A DNA stretch of 64,000 bases from Myxococcales bacterium (GTDB lineage: Bacteria > Myxococcota_A > Polyangia > Haliangiales > Haliangiaceae): assembly GCA_016707895.1 (NCBI GenBank), contig JADJGV010000034.1:565625-629624 (forward strand), read 5' to 3'. Both the position numbers and the translations under genes were made by a program. The notes beneath the pieces are model-generated. The model did no database searches, was not told where the DNA came from, and worked only from the letters and a program-made list of their open reading frames with translations. Shown here piece by piece: positions 58,497-64,000 of this stretch (its first letter is position 1; each line of letters starts with the position of its first letter).

Positions 58497-58551
58497 CAAT
58501 GAGCGGCGGCGCCGACGCAAGCCGCCGCCGCCGATGGCATGATGCGCCGCG

Positions 58552-60678
<2,127 letters not shown>

Positions 60679-62037
60679 TCGTCAGCGGCGGCAGCCAGCC
60701 GCTCCACCGCGGCACCACCGGGCACACCCGCTCGCCGAACCACAGGCCGCTGGCGCCGGTGACGATCCACACCGCGACGGTCGCGGCCACCGGCAGCGCC
60801 AGCTGCGCGACCAGCGCGCGGCGCCAGTCGCGCCGCACCTCGAAGGTCAGCGCGATCGCCAGCACCGCCAGCCCGGGCGCGGCGGCGTTGGCCATCGTCA
60901 GGCCCTGCTTCTTGTAGATCATCGGCGTCGACAGCGACGGCGTGGTCTCGAGCAGCATCAGCGCGATCAGCGCGACCGGCCACCACCACGGCACCGCCGC
61001 GATCCGCCCGCCGGCGGCCCAGCCGGTCGCGAGCAGCGCGGCCAGGAGCAGCGCGATCGCCAGCGCGACCCGGCCCCGCGGCAGCGCCGGCAGCACGTCG
61101 TCGTCGTCGACCGGGGCGGCCAGCGCCGCGGCCAGCGGCCGCCCGCGGCTGTCGGCGGGCAAGGTCGCGCCCACCGAGTCGGCGATCAGCCGGGCCGCGT
61201 CGACCACGCTGATCGGGCCGCCGCGGCCGACCGCGACGTCGGGGCCGGCGACGCAGCCGCGCACGACGCGGATCGCGCGGGCCTCGCCGCCGTGGCCGCC
61301 ACCGGCGATGTGATCGTGGTCGGACAGCACCAGCCAGCGCGCGTCGGGCGCGGCGGCGGTGAGGCGCCCCAGGATCGCGTCGGCCGAGGCGGCGGCGTCG
61401 CGCCACGCCGTCGAGCGCTTGCCGGCGCGGTGGCCGGCGGTGTCGACCCGCAGCACGTGGACGAACACCAGCCGGGCCGGGCCGCCGACCGCGGCCACCG
61501 CGGTGTCGACCCAGGTGTCGGCCCACTTGTCGGGCAGGGTCTTGGCTGGCGTCGGCGGCAGCGTGTGCGGGAAGCCCAGCGAGTGGACGATGTACGAGTG
61601 GCTCTCGGCGATCGCGATCGCGTCGGGCACCTGGGCCGGGATGGCGCCGGCCGGCGGCGGCACCGGCTTGCCGGTCGAGTGGTACAGCACGCCGGTCTGC
61701 TGCTGGGTGCGGCCGCTCCACAAGGCCAGCTCGACCGGCAGCGACACCGTCGGGAAGCCCACGTCGATCGTCAGGTCGAGGCCGCGCGCGCACACCGCGT
61801 TCCACGCCGCCATGCCGGCCGCGGTGTCGCGGCCGGCGCCGTCGATCAGCACGACGCGCGTCCGCGCGGCCGGCGGCAGGCCGGCGCCGGTGGCCGCGGG
61901 CAGCGGCGGCGTCGCGCCCGGCGCCGCGTCGTTGCGGACGATCGCGTTGATCGCGTCCTGGCGCAGGTCGCGCAGCGGCCACAGCAAGAGCACCAGCGCG
62001 ACGCCGAGCGCCACGCGGATCAGGCGGTCGGCGAGCG

Positions 62038-62916
62038 TCACGGCGCGGCTCCGGCGTCGAGGGCCAGCGGCGGCAACCCCAGCGGCGCGCGCCACGGCGC
62101 GTCGGCCAGCACCTCGACCGGCGCCAGCCGCAGGAGCCGCGGGATCGCGCGGCCGGCGGTCACCAGCGGCATGTGGCCGACGCCGGTGCGCAGGTAGATC
62201 GCGCGGGCGTCGGCGCGCGCCGGGCCCAGCTCGTCGTCGAGTTCGGCGAGATCGTCGACGGTGACCACCGCGCCCGCGCCCAGGTCCTCGGCCAGGCCCC
62301 GGGCCAGCTCCTCGGTCCAGCGCACGGTGTCGTCGCCGACGAAGATCAGGTGGTGGGCCGCCGACGCCGCCATCCACCCGCGCCACGCGTCGACCTCGCC
62401 GTAGGTCGCGTCGAGCGAGATGATCCAGTCGAGCGCGGGCGCCGCGGTCCACGCCAAGAGCGTGCGGTACGCGCCGCTGTGGCCGATCGCGATCAGCGCG
62501 CCGGTGGGGCGCGGCAGGTCGATCGCCGCGAACACCTCGGCCAGCAGATCTTCGAGCGCCGGCCAGCGCACCGCCTGACGCGATCCGGCGGGCGCCTCGG
62601 CGGCGATGAAGACCGCGTTCACCGCGGCCAGCGCGAACTGCTCGGGCAGCCGGTGGTCGCGCCACGCGGCGTCGACGTCGGTGTCGTAGCCGTGGACGTA
62701 CAGCACCACCGCCGCGCCGTCGGGGTGGTAGCCCGCGGGCGCCCAGACGTGGATCGGGCCGGCGGCGGTCGCGAGCTCCCACGCGTGGCCCGCGGCCACC
62801 GCGGCGGGCAGCGGCGCGGCGGCAGGGGCGGGCCCCGGCGCGCCGTCGTCGGCGGCGACCGCGACCACGATCACGGTGGCGGCGGCCACGGCGATCACGG
62901 CGACGGCGCGGCGCAT
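62038..62916 (-). CDS. secreted alpha/beta-hydrolase-like protein
   Basis: Signal peptide and a nucleophile-elbow-like IGHSGAY. Confidence 0.5.
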   Translation of the reverse strand: MRRAVAVIAVAAATVIVVAVAADDGAPGPAPAAAPLPAAVAAGHAWELATAAGPIHVWAPAGYHPDGAAVVLYVHGYDTDVDAAWRDHRLPEQFALAAVNAVFIAAEAPAGSRQAVRWPALEDLLAEVFAAIDLPRPTGALIAIGHSGAYRTLLAWTAAPALDWIISLDATYGEVDAWRGWMAASAAHHLIFVGDDTVRWTEELARGLAEDLGAGAVVTVDDLAELDDELGPARADARAIYLRTGVGHMPLVTAGRAIPRLLRLAPVEVLADAPWRAPLGLPPLALDAGAAP

Positions 62917-62965
62917 GCCCGACTGTGCCGCCGAACCGCGCGGCGGCGCAAATCCCTCGCGCCGG

Positions 62966-63877
62966 TCACAGCGACGGCAGGCCCTTCTTGACGATCTCTT
63001 GCTCGTAGTACTTCGCCGGCTTGGTGCCGGCCTTGACCGCGGCCTTGGCCTTGGCCAGCTCCTCGTCGATCAGCGCGGCGAACGCCGGGAACGGCTGGGC
63101 GCCCGAGAGGAACCGACCGTTGATGAAGAACACCGGGGTGGCGCCGACGCCGAACTTGGTGAGCTCGGCCATGTCCTTGGCGTTCTCGGCCAGGCACCCG
63201 GTCAGGTCGGCGCGGTAGCGGGGCATGTCCAGGCCGACGCGGCTGGCGAGCGCGTCGATCTGCGCCGGCTCGAACGCGCGCTTGGCGAACGCCTCGTCCC
63301 ACAGCAGCGTGTCGAGGTCCCAGAACTTGCCCTGGTGGTTCGCGGCGCACGCCGCCTGCGACGCGTAGGTCGCGACCTGCGGGTGGACGACGTACTGGCG
63401 GTAGACGATGCGCACCTGATCGCCGTAGGTGGTGCTGATCTGGTCGAGCGTGCCGCGCACCTTCTCGCAGAACGGGCACGCGTACTCGCCGGCGCGGACG
63501 ATCGTGACCAGCGCGGTGGCCTTGCCCTTGACCGGGAAGCCGACGACCGGCACGCCATAGGTCTTGGTGGCGTCGGGCTGCGGCCGCGCCGGGCGCGCCG
63601 GCGGCGCGGCCTTGGCCTTGGCGTCGACCTCGGCCGCCAGCTTCTCGAGCTGCACGCGCAGCTCCTCGGCCTTGGCGGCGGCGTCGCTGGCGCCGTCGAC
63701 CGAGCCGGCCAGCGTGCCGAGCATCGCCTCGAGCCGGGCCAGGGACGCCCGCAGCTCGAACTCGCTCTTGGCCTGGGCCGCCTCGGCGGCGGCCATCCGG
63801 CGCTCGAGCCGGTCGAACCTGCCGCTGCTCACACACCCGGCGATCGAGAGGACGACGACGAACCATGCCGCGCGCAT
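62966..63877 (-). CDS. DsbA-family thiol:disulfide oxidoreductase lipoprotein
   Basis: IAGC lipobox, a coiled-coil linker, and a thioredoxin fold with CPFC. Confidence 0.85.
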   Translation of the reverse strand: MRAAWFVVVLSIAGCVSSGRFDRLERRMAAAEAAQAKSEFELRASLARLEAMLGTLAGSVDGASDAAAKAEELRVQLEKLAAEVDAKAKAAPPARPARPQPDATKTYGVPVVGFPVKGKATALVTIVRAGEYACPFCEKVRGTLDQISTTYGDQVRIVYRQYVVHPQVATYASQAACAANHQGKFWDLDTLLWDEAFAKRAFEPAQIDALASRVGLDMPRYRADLTGCLAENAKDMAELTKFGVGATPVFFINGRFLSGAQPFPAFAALIDEELAKAKAAVKAGTKPAKYYEQEIVKKGLPSL

Positions 63878-63912
63878 GGCGCGACGCTACCACGGCGATC
63901 GCGGCGGCGCCG

Positions 63913-64000
63913 TCAGCGCCGCAGCTTGGGCACGTCGCGATCGAGCACGGTCTTGCGGCCGTCGGTGGCGGCGGTGCGGATCGCCTCGTCGCAGATCGCG
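63913..64000 (-). CDS. partial CDS, 3' end only (gene continues beyond window)
   Basis: Open frame ending ...DRDVPKLRR-stop at 63913. Confidence 0.25.
   Translation of the reverse strand, partial: AICDEAIRTAATDGRKTVLDRDVPKLRR

Overview
High-GC (~70%) chromosomal window, almost certainly from a myxobacterium (Myxococcota). The evidence is a MYXO-CTERM-tagged HEIGH metalloprotease and many lipoproteins, Ser/Thr-kinase and TPR/HEAT proteins. Most of the very long Arg/Gly/Pro-rich ORFs in the six-frame track are out-of-frame or antisense artefacts of the GC bias and were rejected. About 60 genes are supported.

The core genome content is:
- clpX, pdxA, pyrG, accC, a gamma-glutamyltranspeptidase and a DksA-like factor;
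- a complete sigma-54/PTS-Ntr cluster rpoN-hpf-ptsN-hprK-rapZ-ptsH-ptsI;
- two classical two-component pairs, a short HK with an RR-HDOD and a RegB/RegA-like pair;
- a Crp/Fnr regulator, a Ser/Thr kinase, a PP2C-cNMP phosphatase, and many envelope proteins (Wzx-like flippase, L,D-transpeptidase, DsbA, sulfatase/alkaline-phosphatase enzymes, CPBP protease, PilZ-PEGA protein).

The main observations worth a second look are:
1. Three apparent single or double-nucleotide frameshifts within 7 kb, in rpoN, rapZ and a lipoprotein. These are either assembly indels or real pseudogenes.
2. A MoaD/ThiS-like ubiquitin-like protein with a C-terminal GlyGly, translationally coupled to a BNR/Asp-box propeller, with no E1 nearby.
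3. A tightly overlapping operon of a CDP-alcohol phosphatidyltransferase, a nucleotidyltransferase and repetitive lipoproteins.
4. accC translationally coupled to a C-type-lectin-like lipoprotein.
5. A DUF222-HNH endonuclease preceded by an array of TCCGG-core palindromes.
6. At least three families of conserved intergenic hairpin/REP-like elements.
7. A perfect sigma-54 -24/-12 motif on the minus strand just upstream of rpoN.

No rRNA, tRNA or CRISPR array was recognised.
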